Below are positions 37,006-48,892 of a DNA stretch of 64,000 bases, piece after piece; the stretch's first letter is position 1; each line of letters starts with the position of its first letter. The notes under the pieces were generated by a model, which had not been told where the DNA came from, searched no databases, and was given only the letters and a program-made list of their open reading frames with translations. The translations under genes and the position numbers were made by a program. Source of the DNA: Mytilus californianus (taxonomy: Eukaryota); assembly GCF_021869535.1 (NCBI RefSeq), contig NW_026262604.1:50964001-51028000 (forward strand), given 5' to 3'.

Positions 37006-37887
37006 CTTGAAAATAAAATGCATGATAATGTATTTAAGTGATGAGTCAAAAGTAATCGATTGGTAGGAAATTGAAATAGTTAATTTATTACAATATATAT
37101 GCTAGTGATGTGAAGTATTTATATGAAGCAAAATTCTTACGAAACCTTCTCAAAGACAAAAGGAATTCTTTAATTTACGTTCAGATATAGTGGTGAAGTC
37201 CTGAAAAAAAATCTAGCATTTCAAGAAGTTGTTCCATAAAATCTATTTCGAGTTAACTTTACTGACATTAAGGATACTACTAATAATAGGAGGTCATATC
37301 TTGAAATAGTTTTTGAATATAAACACAGAGGGACGACTTCAAACTGAATCTATGACAAAATTTAATTCAGTTACTTATTTCAACTTTCCATCTATTAGTA
37401 GTAACATACCTTAGTCTCAATCGTGTGAAATTTTGATATCTCAATTGGTGCTTTATGTACGTGCATGTTAAAAGATACGAAATATATTATTATCATAATG
37501 GTACTTTGAAAGTTTTTGCATAATTCCTAGAGGCTTGTACAAAACTGATATGTTATAGCCATAAAACAGCTTTTAAAAAGATAATTAATATGTATAGACT
37601 TTAGTTTAAAACGCGCAAGGCTACCTCAAAAAAGTATTACAAAAACATCGAAATCCAAAGGAAAATCAAAACGAAGAAGTCCATAACAACCGCCAAAATC
37701 AAACGCTATCAATCATCGCAATAAGTCAAAAATTTAAATTCAAACGTCGTTATATCTCATCAACACCAAATCTGTACATATAATACGATTAAATACAAAC
37801 TCCTCAATATAATGGAATAAATATGAAATAAGACTTCTAAAATAATGTTAATCTCATTTAAGATACTAATTGATATGATTTACTTAC

Positions 37888-37951
37888 GCCTATGCCAAGT
37901 TCCAGAAACTAATACAACCAGACAAACGACTAAGATGATAGAAAGCTTCAT
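37888..37951 (-). CDS. A3 exon 1 (signal peptide)
   Basis: MKLSIILVVCLVVLVSGTWHR + C | GTAAGT; TATAAAG at 37990-37996. Confidence 0.9.
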
Positions 37952-38639
37952 TTCCTTCAAATTTCTACCTTGAGAGAGGAGTACAGATGCTTTATAGTCT
38001 TGATGAGGACATACAAACACGGATATTAGTAAGACAACGGGATGTGTTTTGATTTATATGAATAGTTTATGTCTGTCATGGGCAGATTTCCGATACTTGA
38101 GCACAATGATTGTTTTGTAGGTTGTGCATGTTGTACAATAAGAAGAAATGATTGGTAAATGGTTACTAGCTTTTATTGTATTTTGTTACGTATAAGGAAA
38201 AAAGTTAAATAAACAATAGGAAGTTCATAATTGGCAAGGTGTTCAGTATGTCTTATAACTTTAATATAATTACAAACCTATACAGAAACATTCTGAACAT
38301 ATATACCAGGCTTACATTTTGTACGTGAGACGCGACTTTAGTAAATTTGATTTAATAAAGATCTCGAGTTACTTTTTTTCACTTTTTCTAACAACCATTT
38401 CAGACAAGATGTCATAAAAAACTAAGGCACTATCTCAAATAAAGAAGTTATAAAACAAAATATTATCGATAAGTTTTATTATTCTGACTTATTTTATTGT
38501 TTTACGATAGACAATTATGACAATGGTAAAGAAAAAAAAATAAATGAATGTGGTTATTACGACATAGGATGTTGTTTTAACTATATATAAATGTTGTAAT
38601 TGTAATGCTTAAATAATAGAATTGTTTGCCATTTAAATA

Positions 38640-38953
38640 CTCTGCTGGTGTACAATCAGTCCCCGAAGGCATCATCAGCTCAGTAGTCAGTCCTTTAGTA
38701 CTGACATGATTTATAACAAACCTTTCTAAAATTGTCCGTTAATAAATTTTGAAATTATTAGAAACAAAGGTTTCAACTCCCTTAGTCAAAGTTTACCTTA
38801 GATGGATTTGGCTATTGTAGGTCCTTTTTGGTAATATAGCTCCTTAACTGTTTTGGTTCTTATAAATCATTGGCTTTGAGTGTTCCTGATGAAGGTAGAT
38901 CCAGAAAAGCGCTTCGGACGCATGGAATTTATAATATGTTGTTTTCGTTTTTT
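38640..38953 (+). mobile_element. ~315-bp hammerhead-bearing repeat (copy 3)
   Basis: Paralog of 17791-18122. Confidence 0.6.
38880..38921 (+). ncRNA. Minimal type I hammerhead ribozyme-like motif with intact core
   Basis: Helix I GTGTTC/GGACGC (two GU pairs); CTGATGA; short helix II GG-TAGAT-CC; GAAA; palindromic helix III AAGCGCTT; UUC triplet at 38913-38915. Confidence 0.7.
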
Positions 38954-40372
38954 AATAGATAAGTAATTGCATTAATGAATTAATATGTTATTAATGATTT
39001 TTACGTTGAAAATCTTCTCAAAGATAACGAATTTTAATTTTGTTCCGAGACGAGCGTTTCAACTGAAAAAAAATTCTCAGTGGCGCTGATTCAAGTCAGT
39101 TAGAAAGCAAAATATGTTTTTTTATTTTATTTATATAATCCTCTGAACATTTAAAGGTTCATATTTTGTATTTTGTACCTTAACTACACAGAGTCCGTCA
39201 AATATCGTTTCATTCTGACTTCTAGAAAGTGTTACAAAATGTAAGTAACATTCAGTGACTTTAACAAGGTAATAATCGTAAACGTGTGTGTCAAGGCATA
39301 TGGAAAAATGAATTAATTTTTCACTGAGTGTAAACTATTCTTTGGATTATTAAGATACATTAAGTGTTTTTGATTGTCATTCCAATTTGCTTTTCCTCTT
39401 TCTACACTCCATTTTCACAGAATCTCAATAAGAAAAAGAGTACGTATTTAATTAAGGACTTTTGAAACATCGCTTGTAAAATGTTTGCTGCAACTTACAC
39501 AAATATAAAAATAAGAAGATATGGTATGATTGCCAATGAGACAAATCGCCATAAGAGATCACATGACACAGACATTAACAACTATAGGACAAAGCTTTTT
39601 TCGTAAGTAAATATGCTATATGACAATTAACAAATGACACTGTCAGAGAACAAATTTAGTGACTATCTTTATAGACCACCAAAAAATAATTTCTTTGTTT
39701 TCAGAAAAAATAGTATTAATTCGTATAAAGTCTTTAATTAACCGTGAATTCTTGCTTGAGGTTTTGTTTTCATTTTATCCGTCTGTCTGCCCGTCGGTCA
39801 GTTGACAATTTAAAGACTGTTCGTTCTATTCAGATATATACAATGATATCTTCTTTAAATTTTATTTACTCTTTAGACTTGGTAAAAGTTTAAAGATTAG
39901 TCAATTAAAAATGGGGTCAGGGACCTCATATATGATTTAATACGTCATCTTTTTCATAAAATTTGAAATCGGGACTTGTTGTTATCAACAGTGTTATATT
40001 TCATAAAAAGTCTTGTGAAATGATTTTTATTGATGTGCATTCGTCTGGTATTCGTCATTCCGACAAATACTGAACACGACAGTTTTTTAACCTATAAATT
40101 AAAATTGTGCACCAGATACCTGAAAATACGATGTCGAACGTCTATCGTCGCCATTTAACAAGCGTTCTAAATGACAAAAAAACGGAACAAAATGATTTAA
40201 TCAAAAAAAGCACACCGTGTTTTCAAAGATCGTATATTTACCTATATAGATGTACATAGATTTTACATGTTTGTGTCGTTGGCTTACTGTATTGTTGGCG
40301 TTAATTCGAAATTTATTATTTTATACTTGTAGAACTATAGGCGCCATACACATTCAAAATACTTCTGTGTTT

Positions 40373-41230
40373 TATTTCTGTCCACACTTTACACACTGGT
40401 GCCATGTGATCGTTCACTACAAGTGTATGTAGCGTGTTTCTGTCCACACTTTACACACTTGATCGTTCACTACAAGTGCATATAGCATGTTTCTGTCCAC
40501 ACTTTACACACTGGTACCATATGATCATTCGCTACAAGTGTATTAGCTTGTTTCTTTCCTCATTTTACATACTGGTATCTTGTGATTGTTCAGTACAAGT
40601 GAATGTATCATGTTTCTGTCCACACTTAACACACTGGTACCATGTGATTGTTCACTACAAGTGTATGTATCATGTTCCTGTTCTCACTGTACGCACTGTT
40701 TCTGTCCACATTATACACACTGTTACGTTATAATTGATTACTACAAGTGTATGTGACTTGTTTCTGTCCACACTTTATATACTGGTTCCATGTTATCGTT
40801 CACCGCAAGTGTATTTATCATGTTTCTGTCCTCATTGTACACCCTGATACCATGTGATCGCTTACTGCAAGTGTATGTAGAATGCTTCTGTCAACAGCTT
40901 ATACACTAGTACCATATGATCGTTCACTACAAGTGTATGTAGGATGTTTTTTATTACACTTGTTACACCCTGGTTCTATGTGATTGTTCACTACAAGTGT
41001 ATTTAGCAAGTTTTTGTTCTCACTATACACACTGCTATCACGTGAACGTTCAACAAAAGTATGTGTAGCATGTTTCTGTCTTCACTTTACACATCCTACA
41101 TACTGGTTCCATGTGGTTGTTTACTAGAAAAGTATGTAGCATGTTTCTGTCCATATTTTACACACTCGTACCATGTGATCGTTCACTACAGTTATTTGTA
41201 GCAGATTTCTGTTTTCACTTTAAATACAAG
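40373..41230. repeat. 62-bp minisatellite, expanded to ~13-14 degenerate copies
   Basis: CAAGTG anchors spaced about 62 bp (40535, 40597, 40659...). Confidence 0.88.
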
Positions 41231-41261
41231 TATTTAACTTTGAACGTTTTTTTTTTTTTTT

Positions 41262-41975
41262 TTCAACATTTGTTTTCAACATTCAACATCCGTTTTCAAC
41301 ATTCGATTTTCAATATTCAACATTCGTTTTCAACATTTGATGTTCAATATTCAACATTCGTTTTCAACATTCAACATTCAATTTTTTTTTTGGTAAAACA
41401 TTCTTATTTTTTTTTCAACATTCGTTTTCAACATTCAACATTCGATTTTCAATATTCAAAATTCGTTTTCAACATTCAACATTCGTTTTCAACATTCATT
41501 TTTCCACATTCAACTTTCGTTTTCAACATTCAACAATCGTTTTCAACATTCGATTTTCAACTTTCAACATTCGTTTTCAACATTCAACATTTGTTTTCAA
41601 CATTCAACATTCGTTTTCAACATTCAACATTCGTTTTCAACATTCAACATTCAAAATGTTTTGTTTGTAAAACTTTTTTTTCAATTTTCTTTTCTTTTTT
41701 TTTCAACATTCGTTTTCAACATTCAACATTTGTTTTCAACATTCAACATTCGTTTTCAACATTCAACATTCGTTTTCAACATTCTATTTTCAACATTCAA
41801 CATTTGTTTTCAACATTCAATATTCGTTTTCAACATTCAACATTCGTTTGCAACATTCAATATTCGTTTTAAACATTCAGCATTCTATTTTCAACATTCA
41901 ACATTCGTTTTCAACATTCAATATTCGTTTTCAACATTCAACATTCAAAAGTTTTTTTTTTTCAACATTCGTTTT
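41262..41975. repeat. (TTCAACA)n/TTCGTT simple satellite (~13-20 bp higher-order units)
   Basis: Continuous TTCAACATTCAACATTCGTT-type repeats; source of spurious F/Q/H/S/T/N/I ORFs. Confidence 0.93.
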
Positions 41976-44014
41976 AAATGCCATGACTAAAAACAAAATA
42001 CTGATCAATAGACAAACAACACTATACAAAACTTATCATAGAAAACTAAAGACTGAGCAACACGACCTCCACCAAAAACTGGGAAGGATCTCAAGTTCTC
42101 TAATTTCGCAAAAAACGGTACTTAATCAATCTACAAATTTAAGAATAAACTTAAAAACGTGAACATCTTCTTTTTTGCACATATTTGTAAAGAATTTGAA
42201 CTGTTGCTGAACTATATGAACTTATCAAACGTACACACAAGAAATGTATAACGTTAAAACCCCTTATCTGTAAGATAACCGAAAAGATAAAAGATAAGTT
42301 ATAGAAAATACATGTTGCATTCCAATATTTTCACTTTACAGATCCTTATCAGAAATCAAAAAAATAATAAGATCACATATGAACAGTAGAAAACTTTAAA
42401 GGTCCAAATATTGTCTGTCTGTGAGCTTTTTTTCTTCTCTTTTCACGTGTTGACCATTTGAATGTTATCGTTGTTCCTTTCACAGGTTCTTCATTTTTTA
42501 TTTCCATTCTTTTGGCTTATCGGGACGGGCAATTCCCGCCCCGTCCGTCTTCTTATCCCTTAGTCCTACTGTTCTACTTGTGTATCTTTATATGCTACTG
42601 AATTCCTTTACATAGTTTAATCTAACTATCACAGAATCGTAATAACATGATTTCCTTTTCTACTTTTTGTTTTGTATCTTCTTTTGAATAATTGCTCATG
42701 TTAGTTTTGTCATCACATAGACTTTGTCAAATCATACAGATTGACACATATGTTTGTCTGCCTTCCCTTCTAAAGCTTAAATCAGACTATTGACCATATA
42801 ATGCCAATGTGCATCTCCTGTTTTGGTTTTGTAATCTGCTTTTTGTCATGTTTCTCAAAGAAAGTCATAAATCTCCATTGCTTTAATTGGAAGGGGGTAA
42901 ACATGGGTTTTGCAAGGCGTACTGGTATCGTTTTATAGCTTTCCTTGTCTCCGTCTTTGAGTATTCAACTGCTATTGTAATTACCTCTTTGCGATTACAA
43001 TATGATAACAATGGAAATTTTAAAGACAAACAGTTCACAGAATAGTAAACAGAAAACTAAAAAATTAGTAAAACGAAACCCTCAAAAATTGGGGTGAAGT
43101 AATTTTAAGCTGCTTTGTAAAGGTCTGTTTATCCTATGGAAGTATTGGCACTCGCCGTGATATATAATTGAATAAAAATCAGACTTACAGCTATAAAATA
43201 TATAACGATTATTATTTAGATTGATTGTATGATGTACATGACAATCTAAAAGGCTTTCTCATTTACCTGTCAAGTGCAAAACATCATAAGCAAATGATAT
43301 TAATAAATTTCATAATCAAAACCCAATTAACTGTTCTAAACTATTTATGTGAGTGTACTTATTATTGGAATAATTGTTGAAAAAGGATACGAAATGTAAG
43401 AGGCCTAATTATTTTTCGTAGATCTATAATTGTTTGTATTCACCTTAGCTACATGTATACTTTTGCAGTAATGACCACATTATATGTATGAGCTTTCTTT
43501 AATTATGTCCATTTTACGTGTATAGTCATCCTATGCAGGGGTTATACTTAACACTATAAACATAAGAGTATAGGCATGATTAGCAATGAGTAATCCTATA
43601 CCGTCACAGGTGGGACAAGTTTTAACCGTGATCAGTTGGATTAGTGGAGCAAGAAATGTTTATCCTTCAGAAGAACGAACAGCTGGGATGCGTTTCTTAG
43701 AATATTGCCAGACGTCAGGAGAACTTAAACAGTCTATAGACTGTTATCCTGGCATCTTCCGGAAAGACGCGGTTCTACACTAGAATAGCCGTAGAGAATT
43801 TTAACCTAGAACAGTTTTAGACACTTCTAAACTACAACAGTTTTCGACAGACTTTTTATCCTATTGGAACTCACGCTGTTCCCTTAGTTTTTGTTTGTTA
43901 CCTTGATTTGGCTACTTTATCGATATATGAGATTTAAATATTGGCAAACTCATGTTGTCTTATGAATAGTTTTAACCAACACCAGAACATATTATGACGA
44001 TCTTTAACAGTTGG

Positions 44015-44215
44015 GTCAGTTCTACCCTATGACAGTTTTGACCCGTTCGACCCTATAACAATTTTGAACAGTTCTCTCCTGGAACAGTTTTGGACAGTTC
44101 CATCCTAAACAGTATGCGCAGAGTTATATCCTAGAACAGAATTTAACTGTTCGACCTGATAACAGAGTCTATCATTGTTTTCTAGAACAGGTTTTGACAG
44201 CTCAGTCTATCTAGA
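44015..44215. repeat. Degenerate ~26-bp tandem repeat
   Basis: Units like CAGTTCTACCCTATGACAGTTTTGAC, about 8 copies; related motif near 43805-43850. Confidence 0.6.
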
Positions 44216-47200
44216 TATTCAATGAATTATATTTTATTCATTTCATTATTCTATTATTTATTTTCTTATTTTATTTATTTATTCTCTTGTTCTATATATA
44301 CTTATATCGTGGTTTAAATCATTAATTTATTCATTGGTTAATTGATTGATTGATTTATTTACTTTCTTTCTTTCTTTCTTTCTTTCTTTTCTATCTCATT
44401 CATCTATACATTTAAATGTATTATGTCAGGTTAACGAGGATATAAAAACACTCTCATGAAAATTATATGGTCACTGTGCAATCCACATATTTTATCAGTA
44501 ATAAACACCAAAAGGTCCTCCTGGCCTTGTATAATAGTCTTTCTAACGAAAACATTTGAATAGTATTCTTAATAATGATAACGGATATATTAGAAGTATA
44601 TTTCCTCACTGTTTTATTATATAAAAATATAAAACATTTTTGATTAAATCTAATTATAAACTAGGACAAAACAGAGCTGGAGCAAACATCCAAGTGTTGT
44701 ACATCAAAACAAATGACAGACTGAAATAGGCAGTTTTCTTTATTTAACGCTTTATGTTTGCAACAAATGGTTTTGATAGGCATAAAGGTAGGTCTTGACA
44801 CCCATGACACATGTCATTTGATGACTATACCAAGTTAGACTATATAGCAAATGTGTTGTTCTTTTGTTTGTCTTTTCATTTTCATTTTTTCCTCGGACAA
44901 GTTATTAGTTTGAATGGTGCAGTTTATTCTTTAAAAGTTTTATTTATTCTTTAAAGCTGTGGTGCTTCCTGTTAGCATTGTAAATTGGTAAAAATATATG
45001 TCTATGTCAATGCTTGTGGTTGTTTCATCTAAGAGTATGTCTATGCCAATAGTTGTGGTTGTTTCGTCCCCCAGCGCACCATTAGCACAGTAGTCAGCAT
45101 TCCTGTGCAGACATGAATAGTCACCGATTCTTTAATGTTGTTAGTTCACTGTACTGTATTTCAATGCTTAATTTTAAACGTTTTTATTTGGAGCATATTG
45201 AGTTCTACGGTTTATTGAAAAAGACGCTGAGTTTAGTTCTGACCATCTAACAAACTTTCAAATTCATGAAAAAGCCATTTTCAAACATGCACATATGTGT
45301 GAAAAGACACTCAGATTGACTAAATTTGATTCTCACCGCATCTTTGGTCCTTTAAGCCAGATCATACATACAATACACACCGAATGTGACGAAAGAAACC
45401 GTTAAATAGATCTGATAATCTCTAGGCTAGAAGGATGTATATAAACACTATGCATTTACTTGAACGGATACCATTATCTACTTTGTTCTCATCTGACTTC
45501 TGTTCATTTTCAACACTTAAAATCTACAGAAAAACTTATAAATTAGTGTAAGCGTCTTTAACAAATTTTCGGAAGACCTTTGCATCGATCCCGGTACCTC
45601 TCGCATGCTTTTCAAACGCTCTATCATGTGAGCTAGTCTCCCTCTTGGCCAGTGAAACAGAGGTAAAATATACCAAAGTGATATTCAAACTCATTAGCAA
45701 AAAACGAAAAAAGAACAAAAGATGAAGAACCAGTACACAAAACACAACATAGAAAACTAAAGGCTGAGCAACACAAACTCCACCAAAAATCGGGTTTGAT
45801 CTCAGTTGCCCAGGTAGGATATCAACAAATGATACCTTTAAGCGTACACTACACATGCTACAGTATCCGACTAGTCTTGGGCATTTTATTTGTAGACAAC
45901 AAGAATTAAGTGATAAAACAAAATGATACAAATGCATTTACAATATTTTAATATTCAGGCCAATTTCGTGGTATGCTTACTCCGATGATCGATCAACAAT
46001 GCAAAACTGTTAAATGTTGTACATTCATATAAGCTCATATTGTGCACTCGCTAAAAATCTTTTTCAACATTTTAAAATTTGAAAGTAAAATGAGAAACAA
46101 TATCCCACAAGACTGATTCTAACCACCGATCTAAAGATATCTTATTCCACTACAGGCCTCCGCTCTATCAATTCAGCTATCACGGGGTTTGTATGTAAAT
46201 TGTTAACATTTATGTTATATGCGTATTTTCGTTTATATGTTTCAATGATTGTGGGTTGCTTAACGTCCAGTGGCAAATATTTCATGCATGATCAGGACGA
46301 TCGTTTATAGGATGACTGGTAAATAATTGTGCTATCAATAGGATAAGATATAAGGAGATGGATAGGGACATTTCATTAAAATTTATGTAAAAAACATTAG
46401 AAATGTTCGTCTTGCGTACACAGCTGAAGTTTGCTATCTTTAATTATATTTTTGCGAAAAATTAGTAATGCTTATTAATTAATGAAACAATTATTTAATT
46501 ATAGTTATCCATTTATTTAACTGACAGAAGCATATTCCATTTCTATATAGTATGTCCGTTATTGATACATAGGCTTTTATAACAACACAGTTTGTGCTCA
46601 CATGACCGACTTTCGTATTATTTCCCGTCATGTTATCTAACAAATATCTAAATGTAACCCATGATTGTTCGAATTTATTTGTTTTGTATTTTACCATGAC
46701 GTTGTTTGGTAAGGTATGACAGTACTGGTTAGATTCATTTATCAGTCTGGATGGGGATCCTTAATTTCTCTATTCTTTATATTTTTTGCCCGTCATTCTC
46801 TATTCTCTATATTTTAGCACCTCATTATTCTCTATTTAGTTTTTGATCCATTTGTTCTCTATTCTTTATATTCTTTGCCCATTATTCTCTATTCTGTTAA
46901 CTCCCAACCACACCCTTATGTAACGATATCTAATAAACATTTTAATTAAATCGGTGCTATCATGGCTATAATCGTTTTGAACGTGCAGTTAGGAGAGAGC
47001 TTTTCTATGTTGTGACTTCACTGAAACATTTAGAATAAAGCCCACAACGAAAGCGAAGATCTTTTGTTTTGGGTTTTCCGTTTTGACAGATGCAACTTCA
47101 TACACGCTTATTGTCAGTAAATAAATATTGATAGACAAACGAGTATAAGAACGTGTGGTAAAGTTCCATTTGGAACAATATATGCCGGCAATAAGTATGA

Positions 47201-47996
47201 ATATGTATTACTCTTATGTAACTTAAGTAAACTGGTCTTACACCTTGGTCACTAATCACTGATGTCTTTCAATGCTCTCTTTTGTAAACAAAAAATACTT
47301 AAATTTCAAATTAAATCATTAATTTTCATCAACAAAATTTGAATATAACAAACAGAAATAATAAACAGACGTATGAGTTTACTGTCGTTCGGTTTCCTTT
47401 TTCAATCTAGTTTCGGACATTAGTCAGTAAGGATGATTATCCATCACAGGTGCATAAATCACATACATGTGTTTCCTTTACATTGAAATTAAATACCAAA
47501 ATAGAATGAAACATATTAAAATTACAACAGATTTTAGATTAGTTTCACCCTCAACAAGTTCATGTTCCTGTCAAAAGTATTTCATGTGTCATATTTTAAC
47601 ATTTTGTTCATAATGTTGGGTTTATAGCATATATTTCATCTATTAGGTCTTGTTAAACTTGATGACAACTTTTCCAACACGGGATGATTTGGAACTTGAC
47701 GTTAAGACATCTATCCATTGTTGGAGACTGTTATGTTGACCTCTGAATGTATTTTGGTTATCTATGTTGCCGAGTTTCTGTCTTGTTGGTGTTTACCCCA
47801 CACTTTAATTTTTTTATTAGATATCCAAAAACACCAACAAATAAAGACGCATGTGAATAGAAGTATTTGTATATTTTTGTTTTACATTGAATAAAATATG
47901 AATGCAAATAAACGAATATGATCCTGTCCTATGTTCAAACGTCCATAGTCCGGAACCTGGTCAGTGGTTATATCATGATTTTTACAGTTTCCTCCA

Positions 47997-48232
47997 TTAC
48001 CCATTACCATTTCTACCATTCCAAAAACCACCGCTTCTGCCATTTCCGCCATTCCCACCATTCCAAACACCACCGCTTCCGCCATTTCCACCATTCAAAC
48101 CGCTTCCCCCATTCCCACCATTCCAAACACCACCGCTTCCGCCATTTCCACCATTCAAACTGCTTCCCCCATTCCCACCATTCCAAACACCGCCGCTTCC
48201 GCCATTTCCACCACTATTTCCTTGATGACAGC
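47997..48232 (-). CDS. K2 exon 3: Gly/Asn-rich tail
   Basis: Acceptor TTTTTAATTTAG; T + GC = 6th Kunitz Cys, then CHQGNSGGNGGSGGVWNGG (x3)...GFWNGRNGNG*; downstream sequence is homologous to the A-gene 3' UTR (ACTGACC..GTTCCGGACTAT). Confidence 0.85.
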
Positions 48233-48721
48233 CTAAATTAAAAAGATGTATGGTCTAGTGCTTTCAAAACGTTTAGTCCAATGGGCAGAACGTTAACATT
48301 TTAAAATTTTATTTAATTCAACACGCCAAAGAGTTGCAAAAAACAATTTCAACTGTTATTCATCAATAGGTCAAATGCATTTTTATAATAAACCAATATT
48401 CACTTTTAAGGATAGTCATCGATATGAGATTGAGTTGATCTTCCAAAACATATTGTGATAAAATATTGAAAGGTAGGAAGTTCCTTCTCCAACACTGTTA
48501 CCTTGTGAATCTCATGTAAAATATATTGTTGAAGATACTGTCGGGCATAAGTTTGTAGATACACTTATCAAAAACATTTGTATTCATATAGTTACAATAT
48601 TGTAGGTTATGAAATTGTTGTGCCAACCTTACTGTTTATTTTGCAACCACGTATTTCGTGACAACAGAAGATAAAACGAAAGAAGTAACTTAAAGGAATT
48701 TGATATAAAACTTTTACTCAC

Positions 48722-48892
48722 ATGTGTCACTACATTCTCTGAAAGTTTTGAAACGATTTGTGTTCCCCTTACAACCTTTGTAGTGGAATTCCTCGCACCT
48801 TCCGGTTGCCGTGTTATAGTAGAAACGTCTTAACCAGAAGGAACACTTTCCTGAATCTGGTGGTAAGGTACAACTAGGTTTAGGTTTTGGTC
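48722..48892 (-). CDS. K2 exon 2: Kunitz/BPTI protease-inhibitor domain
   Basis: (R)PKPKPSCTLPPDSGKCSFWLRRFYYNTATGRCEEFHYKGCKGNTNRFKTFRECSDT(C); Kunitz Cys spacing, GCxGN.NRF motif; 171 nt, phase 1-1; donor GTGAGT. Confidence 0.95.

Larger units (their letters stand above)
11941..41230. repeat. Tandem segmental duplication, ~10.4-kb period (order Y0-[PLE]-A1-Y1-B1-A2-Y2-B2-A3)
   Basis: A stops at 15880/26328/36728 (spacing 10448, 10400); B acceptors at 22976/33365 (10389); spacer block Y starts at ~11941, ~19685, ~30161; intergenic DNA is near-identical between units. Confidence 0.92.

Noticed and set aside
41111-42162. 253-aa, 109-aa and 104-aa ORFs
   Set aside because: Translations of the TTCAACA satellite.
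45536-45937. 133-aa minus-strand ORF ending ...HARGTGIDAKVFRKFVKDAYTNL
   Set aside because: Most of it is a dispersed repeat; the GC-richer last ~40 codons match no motif I recognise.
47882-47999. Longer K2 C-terminus (GNGGNCKNHDITTDQVPDYG...) via a 1-nt correction
   Set aside because: That sequence is homologous to the A-gene 3' UTR, and a second in-frame TAA (47984-47982) aligns with the A stop codon.
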